A stretch of DNA of 64,000 bases from Octopus sinensis (GCF_006345805.1 NC_043003.1:106206001-106270000); one strand, 5' to 3'. Positions 38,110 to 51,281 are shown, counted from the first letter of the stretch. Notes: generated by a model not told the origin, from the letters alone. A program made the numbers and translations.

Positions 38110-39868
38110 TAGAAAGAGGGATAGAGTTAGACATTACAATTTATCAATTGAATATGATTAATATAAACACTCATTCACAAAAAGAGAAATATGCTCACAC
38201 ACACATACACACAAATATATATGGAGAGAGAGGGAGAGAGAGTGGGGGGGAGGGAGACATAGAGAAAAAAAACATTAAAACATATGATGCCAAATAGGTC
38301 AGTGTCAAATCAGCAATGGCAAATAAGCGCTGCCAAATTGGCTGTGCCCAAAATGTCTTGTACAGCAAAGTGATGATAATTAGCGTTTCCAAAAGTTTTG
38401 GTTATTTTCATAAAGCTTCATCTCAAAAGTATAAGCAGGCATGGCTGTGTGGTAAGAAGTTTTCTTCCCAACCACATGATTCCGAGTTCAGTCTTACTAT
38501 ATGGTACCTTGGGCAAGTTCTTCTACTATAGTTTCAGGCCAACAAAAGCCTTGTGGATGGATTTGGCAGGTGGAAACTGAAGGAAGCCCTTTGTGTGCGT
38601 CTGTGTGTGTGTGTGTGTGTGTGTGAGTTTGCATGTGTGTGTATGTGTGTTTCTGTCACACCATTATTTGACAACTGGTGTTGGTGTGTTTACGTCCCAA
38701 TAACTTAACAGTTTGGCAAAAGAGACCAACAGAATAAATACCAGGCTTATAAAAACAAGTAATCGGGTTGATTCATTTGACTAATAATTCAATCCAGAGC
38801 CCCAGCATGGCCACAGTCAAATGAATGAAACAAGATTTTTAAAAAAAACCCCAGATATTTATGGACTTCACCACACTTTATGAATCATGGAAGTGTACAA
38901 AATAGTATATTCATCATCATTATCATCATTTAATGTTCGTTTTCCATGCAAAATTTATTTCCTATCATATATATATATATATATATATATATCATCATTG
39001 TTGTTTAACAGCCGGGGGTTGTACCAGTTTCCAATCTGATTTGACAAGGTTTCTACAGCTGGATGCACTTCCTAATGCCAACCACTCCAAGAGTGTAGTG
39101 GGTGCTTTTTACATGCCAATGACCTGACATAGGTATCAGCCACAACTACAGTCTCACTTGGCTTGAAATTTTGAATTTAGTGTACAGCCCCCCCCCCCCC
39201 CAGTACTACGTTTGCAGGCCATCAAAGGTCTGCAAACCCCAGGTTGGGAACCATTGGCCTGGTGGTTGGTTAGGGTGTTGCACTCTCAACCAAAGGACCA
39301 TGGTTTCAATCCCTGCAAATAGGTAGAACATTGAGATCCTGATCTTTCCATGTTGCTCCAATCTCTCAGCTGTAAATGAGTTCCAATGATAATTTGGAAG
39401 TTAACACTGCAATGGACTGGCGTTCTATCCAGGTGGAGGATGTAATTGTCCTTCATTCAGTTTCATAAATTATCCATCTGAACCTAGGTTAATGAATTGT
39501 TCTGTGCAGTAAATCTGCACATGTGCATGCATGCATATGTAGCCTGTAAACAAAGGCTTGACCTGCTAAAATTAGCAGTTAAAACCCCATACCTTAGCCT
39601 TAACCCTTCTATTACCATATTTTGGTTGCAATACATTGCCTTAGCTTCAATAAATTTTTTAAATATTGAAGAATTTAATAAAATTGGAATGAGATGAGTG
39701 GGTGTGGCTTTTGAGTGCTGACAATTTTGCATGGTTAATTGAACATTCAGCCTGTTTTAGCAATGGTTTTTGCCATTCCAGTCAAACATGTGCAGGAATA
39801 TTCACATGCAAATAGAGAGAGAGATTACAACATTAGTTGAACATAACTGACATAAATACTCATACACA

Positions 39869-40232
39869 TTGCTAACCAACCACATGGTTCCGGGTTCAGT
39901 GCCACTGCGTGGCATCTTGGGCAAGTGTCTTCTGCTATAGCTCCGGGCCGACCAATGCCTTGTGAGTGGATTTGGTAGACGGAAACTGAAAGAAGCCTGT
40001 CGTATATATATGTATATATATATATGTATGTGTGTGTTTGTGTGTCTGTGTTTGTCCCCCTAGCATTGCTTGACAACCGATGGTTGTGTGTTTACATCCC
40101 CGTCACTTAGCGGTTCGGCAAAAGAGAATAAATACTGGGCTTACAAAGAATAAGTCCCGGGGTCGATTTGCTCGACTAAAGGCGGTGCTCCAGCATGGCC
40201 GCAGTCAAATAACTGAAACAAGTAAAAGAGAG
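39869..40232 (+). mobile_element. SINE family A, head truncated
   Basis: Near consensus. Confidence 0.88.
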
Positions 40233-40406
40233 AAAGAGAAAGAGACACATAGAGAAATTGTTTGTACCAAGATGTCTCATCCCCAAGTAAAATAATTCAC
40301 TATCAATCTGGTATATAAGGCGGAAATCTGGCAAAATAGGCACCATGCAGGACAAAATACCTGGAGGCATTTCTTCTGATTTCAAATTTCAATGAAACAA
40401 GTAAAT

Positions 40407-40715
40407 CATCATCATCGTTTAACGTCCGCTTTCCATGCTAGCATGGGTTGGACGGTTCAACTGGGGTCTGGGAAGCCGGGAGGCTGCATCAGGCCAGTCA
40501 GATCTGGCAGTGTTTCTACAGCTGGATGCCCTTTCTAACGCCAACCACTCCGAGAGTGTAGTGGGTGCTTTTTATGTGCCACCGACACAGGTGCCAGACG
40601 AGGCTGGCGAACGGCCACGCTCGGATGGTGCTCTTTACGTGCCACCGGCACGGAGGCCAGGCGAGGCTGGCACGGCCACGATCGGATGGTGTTTGTTACG
40701 TGCCACCATCACGGA
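40407..40715 (-). mobile_element. RTE 3'-UTR copy (young)
   Basis: Close match to 4940-5292. Confidence 0.85.
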
Positions 40716-41705
40716 GGTAAATCACGTTTCACAAACAGTTTGAAACCCAAGTTAAAGTTAATTCACCTCCACAAGTTGTCAATCCCCTTATGAAGAACAT
40801 GATCACTAGATTATCTCTTTACTATCTGCTGAAAGAAATTAATATATACTAATTGCTTCAATGAAATTCCACACCTCTTCACATTCTAGCAGCTGATTTC
40901 AAAAACAGCTTGAGATTACAAAAGTATTGCTCCAGCAATTTATGCAAATATTTGTTCTCACAATAAAAATGTTGTTTGTCTTCATCATTATTTCATTCAA
41001 TAAACAATTACATATTTATTGAACAAATACAAGAGATGATAGTGAAAACAATCGTGACATTACAAGTCAAAACAAAATCAAACTCGGGCTTCCTAAAGTG
41101 TTGCCATCAGACAAAATGAAATGCTAAATGTTGATGACAATTCCAATATATGTTCCCATATTTACTGACCTAAATAATGAAAGACTATGATAGAAAGCAA
41201 TAGAAAATACCAGTTTTTTTTTTTAGCTTAAAATGTGAAAATGAAGGAAAAATACGAAAGATTTCCTTCAGGTTTTCATTTTCTAACCAAACTTATAAAT
41301 AGGAGAATTATGTAACACACCCTAGAGATTATGAATTAATTCAATGCAAGAATTCATATAATTTGGTGGTATAGAATTACCAAGTGGAGCATAAAGAAAA
41401 TTATATGATATACCACATGCCAAGGTTATCTAAAGTGGGTTCCATGAAAAAATTCTGAGATTTTCCATGTCAAGGTGCTTTAATAAAATTTTAAAATTTG
41501 ATTAAAAAAATGATATTCATTATTTTAAAACTAATATCTGTTATCTTTTACTCGTTTCAGTCATTAGACTGCGACCATGCTGGAGCACTGCCTTGCGGAA
41601 TATTAGTGCAATGAATCGATTCCCAACTTCCTTTTTTTTAAGCCTGATACTTATTCTATCAGTCTCTGTTGCTGAACTGCTAAGTTACAGATACTTAGAC
41701 AAACA

Positions 41706-41871
41706 AGGCGCAGGAGTGGCTGTGTGGTAAGTAGCTTGCTAACCAGCCACATGATTCCGGGTTCAGTCCCACTGTGTGGCATCTTGGGCAAGTGTCTTCT
41801 GCTATAGCCCTGGGTCGACCAATGCCTTGTGAGTGGATTTGGTAGACAGAAACTGAAAGAAGCCTGTCGTA

Positions 41872-41920
<49 letters not shown>

Positions 41921-42140
41921 TTGTGTGTCTGTCTCCCTAGCATTGCTTGACAACTGATGCTGGTGTGTTTACGTCCCCCGTCACTTAGCGGTTTGGCAAA
42001 AGAGACCGATAGAATAAGTACTGGGCTTACATAGAATAAGTACTGGGCTTACAAAGTATAAGTCCCGGGGTCGATTTGCTCGACTAAAGGCGGTACTCCA
42101 GCATGGCCGCAGTCAAATGACTGTAACAAGTAAAAGAAAA
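41706..42140 (+). mobile_element. SINE family A, full length, with a 22-bp internal duplication
   Basis: tagaataagtactgggcttaca occurs twice; an inverted tail fragment lies at 41543-41690. Confidence 0.88.
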
Positions 42141-44288
42141 TAAAAGAAAAATAGAAAAAGAAATATCTCTCAACTTGTGTGGGATATATTTTCTCAATAG
42201 TGTTGATGATACAATGCAACAAGATGCGTAGCTTTTTTAAGATGGTGAATGAGATTTGAGAGAGGGATTTGACTGCTGTCCCTACCAGATCAAGTGACTA
42301 CATTATGACTCCCTTGTTGGCTTAATAACAACACTTTTCCCCCCTTCTTACTCTTAATGTAAAATATAAATAAAATGATATTAAGTTCCTTATAAATTTT
42401 GGCAAATATTCTAAATCAACATTTCTCAAAAGTGGAGGGAGAGGCAATGCCTCTGTGAAGATAAAGACTGGCTTACTGATGCCTTTCTAGGTATCTTTTA
42501 TAGTTTGGGGTAACCCACAGTTGGATAATAATAGAGAGTAGGAGTCCCTATGGATAAGATGACACGTTGAGAAGGCAATAAGCAAGGAAAGGCTAGGCAT
42601 CACTGGTGCGTATAGAAAGAATTTAGTAAAGAAAAATAAACTATATTTAGAAACCAGTGCACTGATAAGGTCTTGATTAATGATCCTTTTATTCCACTAA
42701 ACAAACTTGACATTACTGTTTAGTTGAGGGCTATGAACTATAAAGTAGAGGTAAGGGTCCTAGAAAACAGTCGGTGAATCAATTTTAATTTGCATTGGGA
42801 GCCAACTTCCTTCACTTACAGACAAATCCACTCTACCGCACCACACACACACACAATTATGATTTTACCAATGAATGCACCTACAAAGCAAAACATAACC
42901 AAAGAGTCTCAATCTTTAGTCATCTCGTCTGGATGAAAAGAAATAAACCTAAATAACTATAACTTATTTTTCCACCCTTTGAACAGATGTCTAAACATCA
43001 TCCTACTTATTTCCCTCTTCTGTCACATATCTATAAATTCAAGATATGGAACAAACTTCATTACATGTATCAGATCCACCAAATTAGAAGTCCTATATAT
43101 CAGCTGTGTAATATTAGTCATTTATTTATGAACCAAAATAAAAAGACAAATAGTTTAGATACCTAGGAAGAAACCAAGTGTAAAAATGCCAATCTTCACT
43201 TTCAAGGAATACTGAAAGAATGTTAATAGTACCAGTTCTAATTAGTTGTCTAATGAAACACTGACTAAGACTTCTTTCCCACACATTGAGTACAAAACAA
43301 TTAGCTGCTGCAACAAGTTGACCAGAATCTTTCATTATCGACCGATATTATTAACTTGAGCTTTTTTTTTTCTTTGCATATATCTTTTGTTTCAGTTGTT
43401 GAACTGTGGCCATGCTGGGGCAGTGTTTTGAACAAATCAACTCCTGCACTTATTTTGTAAAGTTTGGTACTTATTCTAGAAATTCCTTTTACTGAACTGA
43501 TACATTACAGGGATGTAAATAAACCAACACCAGTTGTCATACAGAAGTGGGGGAACAATCACAGATACACAAACACACACACGTGTATCATGGGCTTCCA
43601 CGCAGTTTCCAGTTGGCTTGGGGCTATAGAAGACACTTGCCCAAGCTGCTGTACAGTGGGACTGAACATGAAACCGTATCATTGCAAAGTGAATTTCTTA
43701 ACCACACAGCCATGCCTGTGCCAAGAGCCTCGGATTATTTTGAAATTTATTTTATGAGGGTTTAAAATGGAGTTGGCAACACTACTAAATAAAACATGGG
43801 CTACAAAGTTTGTAATTTGATACAGGCTTAAGATTCTAAAACAAGATTTATCTAAGAGAAAAGAAGACAAGAAAATCTTGTGAGGGATTTTACAGCAATT
43901 TTTAAAAATTTTTTTAATGTGTCAATTAGTAGCAATTTAAAGTTTGAATGCTTTCACACACACATTTTATATATATATATATGTATATATATATAGTAAT
44001 CTCTGAACGAGGTATAAACAGTACTTCACATATATATATATATATGTATATATATATGATGAAAGCATTCAAACATATATATAAACTAAAATGTAATTAA
44101 TTCTTAAGTGGTTGATATTGAAATAAAGAAATTTCCACAATAAAACATAGAAATGAATAGTATTTGATTTAGAAGAGAAAGGAAACAGTATTTCAGTCGT
44201 TAAGAGAAAGTAACCCATTTATTTCACTTGTTTTATAATAAATAAACCAATGTATAAAATGAAAATAGGATGTGCTGGAACTGCAAAC

Positions 44289-44306
44289 TGTTTCAGCTGT
44301 AGACAT
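44289..44306 (-). CDS. Weak candidate for the missing first coding exon (MSTAET)
   Basis: ATG followed by a phase-0 GT (aca|gtttgc) after a UTR-like (CCA)n/(CCT)n stretch; weak donor; inference only. Confidence 0.2.
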
Positions 44307-45568
44307 ATTTCTGAAGAAGTGGAGGAGGAGGAGGAGATGTGGGGGTGGGGAGGTGATGGGTGGAGAACAACACTGACAGTTGTTAATGCAAATATATCAA
44401 GCTTTCTTTTTGTTGTTGGAGAGAATACAAAACACACCAGAACAATAGCCGAAATTCAAAACACACGACTCTGCAGGTTCAGTCAGCTTCAAATGAAACC
44501 AGTCTCTAATTGCTAAATTTCTCTTCTGTACGATGGTGATAGTGATGGTAAGTGATTATGGTGGTGGTGGTGGTGGAGGATTAATATTTCTTAATAATGT
44601 TGAGTGCTTATTGATTCATGCTTCCAGAGATCTTCCAAGAGAAAAAGCAAAAATAAATAAAAATAAAATATATCAATAAAAGAAAGACAGAATTTTCTTA
44701 AGACCTAGAATTACTTTTGTGAAGAGAGAGCAAGTAATTCTAAGTTGAAAAGATATTTCCAATTCATTACAGCAACACTAACAACAACAACAACAGCTGG
44801 TTTCTTTAATTATTACCGCCATCATCATTTATTAATATAAAATAGTGAATTACAGTAAAAATTATGTTAATGAAAATGCAAAGATTTCGTCACCAACATC
44901 AGCTGAACTGTTGTTAGGTTGGCTGCTGCTGCTGCCATTGCTGCTGCTGCTGCAATGCTGCTGTTGGCAGCCTTTGATCGAACAAACCTATCACATTAAA
45001 TTATTGTTATATTAACATGAGTGAATAAGTGTATGCCTATATGTCTCAAATTACCATACATCAATTTTTTTTTGTTCTGTTTCTTTTTTTTTTCTTTTTT
45101 TTTTTACTATTCTAGGCCACAGCTTAGCTCTTCTGTTCCAACAGGGTTGTGCGATGACAACAACCCAAGTTCATGGGTCATAGATTATTGCTGAGAAACA
45201 AACACAAACCATAACTAAAGTGGGATCTAGTTTTTTTCATTCACAAAACACGCTTATTGTAGAAGACAGTAAAAAATCTGAAAATTGGCTGTGATAATGT
45301 AGCATTCCAGTCTCATTGCTTTGAAGGTATGATGTTGTGGAGAAAAGAATCAGAGAATAAAGTTACAAAGGGCTTAAAAATTGAGAAAAATAGGTATTTT
45401 TGGCCAATAGCAAGATAAATTTTCTGCGTTTAGCAGAGCGCTGTCAACTTTAAGGTTGTACCCTGTGAAATGTAGTGTATGCTAAACATGTTGCTCACTG
45501 CCCTAATAATAATAGGCTATAGTAGAAGACACTTGCCCAAGGTGCCATGCAATGGGACTGAACCCAGA

Positions 45569-47036
45569 TCCATCATCATCATCATCATTTAACATCTGTT
45601 TTCCATGCTACCATGGGTTGGACGGTTTGACCATGGTCTGGGAAGCTAGGAGGCTGCACCAGGCTCCAGTCTGATCTGGCAGTGTTTCTACAGCTGGATG
45701 CCCTTCCTATTGCCAACCACTCCAGGAGAGTAGTGGGTGCTTTTTACGTGCCACCGGCACAGGGAAGGCTGGCATCGGCCACATTCGGATGGTGCTTTTT
45801 ACGTGCCACTGGCACGGGTAACATAACTACAATTTCCATTTGATTTTCATTTCGATGTTGATGTACTTGACTCAATAGATCTCCTCAAGCACAGCAGGTC
45901 GCCCTATGATCCAGGTACTTTTGAATGGGTTGGGGCTGGTTATGCGAAACTTGTGTAGGATATGGCCATGAACTCACTTTATTTGCTGGGTCTTCATAGT
46001 TACAGCATATCTCCAGAGGTCTTGGTCTTTCATCATTGCCTCTGTGAGGCCCAACGTTCGATGGTCATGCTTGATCACCTCATCCTATGTCTTCCTGGGT
46101 CTACCTCTACTCCGGATTCCTTCAACTGTTTGGGAGTGGCACTTCTTCACACATCTCTCCTCATCCATCCATAGTACATGACCATACCAGCGCAAATGTC
46201 TCTCTTGCACACCACATCTGATGCTTCTTATGTCCAACAGTTCTCTCAGGGTGCTTACACTTTGTCGTGTGTGCACACTGACATTATACATCCAGTGGAT
46301 CATGCTAGCTTCATTTCTTTCAAGTCTACGCATGTCCTCCACAGTCCCAGCCCATGTTTCACTACCGTGAAGCATGGCAGTTCACACTCATGTATCATAC
46401 AATCTACCTTTCACTCTAAGCGAAAGACCCTTTGTCACCAGTAGGGGTAGAAGCTTTCTAAACTTTGCCCAGGCTATTTGTATTCTAGTGGTGACACTCT
46501 CTGAGCATTCACCTCCACTACTAATTTGGTCACCTAGGTAGTGGAAACTATCAACTACTTCTAGTTTCTCCCCCTGAAGTGTGATGGAATTTGTTTTCAG
46601 TAGTGTTTATTACCACTGTGCATTTGCTGCACACAAAAGCTATCTTCTCAGTTAATCTTCCTTTGATGTTACTGCACCTCTTATGTGTCCATAGCTTACA
46701 CTGGGTACATCTTATGAAGGTTCTACCCACACCTTTTCTAAAGATCAAGCAGGGACACCTACCTGAGTGGGGGCAGTGTGATGTATTCGCCTTCCTACTT
46801 ACTAGGACTTTGGTCTTTACTACATTGACTCTAAGGCCTTTTGATTCTAAACCTTGCTTCCACACACGGAATTTCGTTTCTAGTTCTGGTAGTGATTCTG
46901 CTATGAGGGCCAGGTCATCAGCATAGAGAAGCTCCCAGGGGCAACCCGTCTTGAATTCCTCTGTTATTGTCTGGAGGACTATGATGAATAAAAAGGGACT
47001 GAAGGCTGAACCTTAGTGGATCCCTACTTCTATCCA
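45569..47036 (-). mobile_element. RTE-clade LINE, 5'-truncated and inactive: RT C-terminal half, 3' UTR and (GAT)n tail
   Basis: Translates as GIH*GS..LLYADDL..KTK..YLG..LHGSETW..LRWYGHV..RGRPRKT with one stop and frameshifts; continues into the 3' UTR shared with many short copies. Confidence 0.93.
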
Positions 47037-47342
47037 GAATTGCCACACAGCCACTCCTGCGCCTATAATTTCTGCAGAAGTTTTTTTTTTTTTTTAATAT
47101 GTATTTGTAGTAAAACAAATTCTTCTCATTGAGGGTGGTCAGCCAGCAAAATTCATAACTAATAGGACAAAATGTTTAGTGACATTTCTTCTGGGTTTTT
47201 TATGCTCAAAGTTCAAAGACAATTTCATCCTTCCAAGGTCAATAAAAGAGTACCAGTCAAGCACTGGAGTTGATGTAAACAACTTCCCCCTCCCCTCAAA
47301 AATTGTTGGCCCTGTGCCAAAATTTGAAACCAATGTTAATAG

Positions 47343-47346
<4 letters not shown>

Positions 47347-47375
<29 letters not shown>

Positions 47376-47404
47376 GTAGTAGTAGTAGTATTAGTAGTAG
47401 TAGT
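47347..47404. repeat. Compound (TAT)n-(TAG)n microsatellite
   Basis: Seen directly. Confidence 0.95.
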
Positions 47405-47954
47405 AGGGCAGTGAGCAACATGTTTAGCATATTTCTTCTTGTTTTGTAGGTTCAAATACTGCTATGGTCAACTTTGTGTTCTTCAGTGTTCTATAAAACA
47501 AGTTCCAGTCAAGTATGGAGGTCAATCAGTCAACTAACTCCCATCCTTAAAATTGCTGGCCTTGTGCCAAAATTTGAAATCATAATTATTACTAGCTGCA
47601 TCCATATATGTCACCTCTACAACATTCTTACATTTCATATTCAAAAAATTATTTCCATTCTTACGAAATGGATCGCATTGAAAGCATCATTTCAAAGCAG
47701 ACCAACACAGGAAACGCAACAATACTTTCTGGTGAGTCCATTACTTTGAGATAAATTCTTGTAATAGACTTTTGGTGAAATAAAATGTTCACGATGAAAT
47801 TTTACTGTAGCTAGATCCAGTTCAAACATCATCCCCGTCCTTTTTGGCAGTTCATGGATCAGAGTGGATCAAATGAAAAGCAACAGCTGACTTTATTTAT
47901 TAAACACGAAGGCAATAATTTAATATTATGTGATTTTCTTATATAAACAAATTC

Positions 47955-48560
47955 TTTTATTCTTCTACTTGTTTCAGTCATTTGACTGCGACCATGCTGG
48001 AGCACCCCCTTTCATCGAACAAATCGACCCCTGGACTTAGAATAAGTACTAGGCTTACAGAGACTATCAGTCCCTTTTGTCGAACTGCTAAGTTACAGGG
48101 ACGTAAATACACCAACATCAGTTGTCAAGTGATGCTAGATGGACAAACACAGACACACTAAGATATACACACACACACATATATATATATATATATGACA
48201 AGCTTCTTTCAGTTTCCATCTACTAAATCCACTCACAAGACTTTGGTCAGCCCGAGGCTACAGTAGGAGACACTTGCCCAAGGTGCCATGCAATGGGGCC
48301 GAACCTGGAACCATGTGGATGGGAAGTGAGCTTCTTACCACACAGCGACATTCACAAACACAATCCTTAAGTAATTGTAAAGTAAATAGGAACATGGGCA
48401 CAGGAGTGGCTGTGTGGTAAGTAGCTTGCTAACCAACCACATGATCCCAGGTTCAGTCCCACTGCATGGCATGTTGGGCAAGTGTCTTCTACTATAGCCC
48501 CGGGCTGACCAAAGCCATGTGAGTAGATTTGGTAGACGGGAAATGAAAAAAGCCCATATT
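47955..48560. mobile_element. Head-to-head SINE-A pair (47955-48345 minus, 48398-48560 plus)
   Basis: Consensus matches in opposite orientations. Confidence 0.8.
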
Positions 48561-48751
48561 ATATATATATATACATATATATATATATACATATAAATAT
48601 ATTATTCAAAGGAATTCCAACTCTGTCTATGTTTTATTGTCTTATTTATATTCTTTATATTATTAATGTAGAATACAAAATATATAAATAAAAATAATAT
48701 ATATAGTAAAATGAATTGAAGTATTGATTGTCTTATTGAATAGATGAAATA

Positions 48752-49150
48752 TCTTTATATATAAAAGTGAAGTTGTGTGTCTGTCTCCTACGATTTAGAT
48801 TCCTAACTACTCCCACATTTTGCGGTGCAGTGTAACCAAAAGTGGGTATCTTATAGTCGTGATTCATATCGAGCCCTTCTGGGTATTAGCGCGCGTCTAC
48901 AATGAGTCTACAATTTAAAAAAAAATTTACCATCATTTTTTCCCATTTTAATGCATTTTTTCGTTATTATATAAGGGAAGTAACTCTCTAAAAATGTCTA
49001 CAATGAGTCAACGATTTAAAAAAAAATTTACCATAATTTTTTTTCCCATTTTTAATGCATTTTTTTGCTATTTTTTGGCTATAACTCTCTAAAAATGCTT
49101 ATATAGTTATTTCCCTTACAAACCCGAGCAACGCCGGGCAATACTGCTAG
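48752..49150 (+). mobile_element. Non-autonomous Helitron with internal tandem duplication of about 95 bp
   Basis: A|TC 5' end, TGTC repeat, subterminal hairpin cccgagcaacgccggg, CTAG|T 3' end. Confidence 0.88.
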
Positions 49151-49319
49151 TAAAATATATAGTATAAATAGTATATATAGTAAAATGAAATGAAGTATTG
49201 ATTGTCTTATTGAATACATGAAATATTGAATATAAAATAGTCAGAGACTAGTATACTTTCTTGCATTAAAGCAGTCTTCAAGGTCCCAGGTTGTGACAGG
49301 AGTGTCCCAGGTTGTGACA

Positions 49320-49352
<33 letters not shown>

Positions 49353-49887
49353 ATGTTTGTGTGTTTCCCCGCCATCGCTTGACAACTGATGCTGGTGTGT
49401 TTATGTCCCCATAACTTAGCAGTTCAGCAAAAGAGACCAACAGAATAAGTACTAGGCTTACAAGGGTTCAATTTGTTCAACTAAAGGCAGTGCTCCAGTA
49501 TGGCCATAGTCAAAATGACTGAAACAAGTAAAAGAATAGTTACAGATACACTAAAACCAGAATGTAACGGCAGACGAAATACGGCTACGCATTTCGCCCG
49601 GCGTGCTAACGTTTCTGCCAGCTCGCCACTGACATACCACTACGCATTTTGTCTGGTGAGTTAATGGTTCTGCTAGCCTGCTCTTTTAATATAATAAGCC
49701 ATTCTCCTATAGGTACAAGGCCTGAAATTTTGGGTGGTGGTAAGAGGGTTGCTATTTAATTACATTGACCACAATATGCAATTGTTATTTAATTGACCTC
49801 AAAAAAATGAAAGGCAAAGTTGACCTCTGGAATTTGAATTGAGAACATAAAGACAGGTGAATGTAGTAATGGTTTCAGCTTTGGCAT

Positions 49888-50121
49888 AAGGCAGCAAGCT
49901 GGCAGAAACGTTAGCACGCCGGGCAAAATGCGTAGCCGTATTTCGTCTGCCGTTGCATTCTGAGTTCAAATTCCGCCGAGGTCAATTTTGCCTTTCATCC
50001 TTTCGGGGTCGATTAATTAAGTACCAGTTACGCACTGGGGTCGATGTAATCGACTTAATCCGTGTGTCTGTCCTTGTTTGTCCCCTCTGTGTTTAGCCCC
50101 TTGTGGGTAGTAAAAGAAATA
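49888..50121 (+). mobile_element. SINE family C with 17-bp TSD-like flanks
   Basis: ggtttcagctttggcat (49871-49887) and ggtttcagttttggcac (50122-50138). Confidence 0.88.
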
Positions 50122-50289
50122 GGTTTCAGTTTTGGCACAAGCCCAGCAATTTTAGGGGCTGAGGATTGGTCAGTTAATCAACCCAGCAACTGAGAATGAT
50201 AAAGTAAAGATTTCTATCGTATATAATGATCCAATGTGATTATAAAACTGAACAGCAGAGGCCAGATATAAATAAATTAAAAAAAAGGT

Positions 50290-50590
50290 GAGAAAACCAG
50301 TCTAATCATAGGTATTGCATTTCTTGGTGTTGATGGAGTATTAGAAGAATGGAAAGTGGTCGTGTAGGATGATTTGAAGTGGGAGATTAGAAATAAAAAG
50401 AAACTGTGGTCGTTGAAGGTAGATGTTGTGCCTGTTGTTGTGGATCCTTAGGTACTTATAGCACCCAGCTCACAAACTGGATTGAAAAGAGAGGAGCAAA
50501 TCTGAAGAAAGAGCATCTACAAGAAACGGTTTTGCTTGAAACTTCCCAAATCTTTTTGGTTGCGGACTGTCGATTTGTTGTGACATTCTC
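50290..50590 (+). mobile_element. Degenerate R4/Dong-like 3' fragment
   Basis: VVPVVV-GSLG..KEHLQETVLLETSQI; (AAC)n downstream. Confidence 0.6.
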
Positions 50591-51244
50591 CAGCAAAGTT
50601 GCTATGTTCAACAACAACAACAACAGCAACATAATCATATAATCCTTCTTGTTGCTCTGTGCTAATAAGTTAGCACATGTTATGCTCTGCCCGTTGGCCA
50701 CTGCTCTTGCTTGGATCAAGTTGTGACATGTGTAAAGGCCTCAGAACATTTATTTCAAGACTTTAAGAGAAATTATATTTTGTAAGTTCTTGCATTTATG
50801 AATTGTTAGTTTGCTCATGGTTTTCTACCTTTATATCGATAGCTTTACTATAATGACTATAACAAATTATTTATCGGAGTCGATAAATTAAGTACCAGTT
50901 ACGCACTGGGGTCAATATAATCGACTTAATACCTATGCCTGTCCTTGTTTGTCCCCTCTGTGTTTAGCCCCTTGTGGGTAATAAAGAAATAGGTATTTCA
51001 CTTGTCTTTATGTTCTGAATGCCATTGAGGTCAACTCTGCCTTTTATCTTCTTGGGGTCAGTTGATAAAACAAGTACCTGTCAAGTACTGGAGTTGATAA
51101 AATAAGTATTAGTGAGGTACTGGAGTTGATGTAATCAACTTCCCCCACCTCTCAAAAATTGTTGGCCCTGTTCCAAAATTTGAAACCATCATTATTATTA
51201 TTTTGTTTTGGGATTTGGTTTGCAAGACTCTCCCCAGACAACAG

Positions 51245-51281
<37 letters not shown>

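Noticed and set aside
44477-44547. Plus-strand exon-like segment (ctgcag acceptor, gtaagt donor)
   Set aside because: Stops in all three frames; could only be non-coding, and there is no evidence for that.
44880-44990. Poly-Ala or poly-Ser ORF from (GCT)n repeats
   Set aside because: Ends in stops with no usable donor; explained as a trinucleotide repeat.
47668-47731. Plus-strand ATG exon MDRIESIISKQTNTGNATILS with gtgagt donor
   Set aside because: No recognisable homology and no partner exons; such motifs arise by chance in 64 kb.
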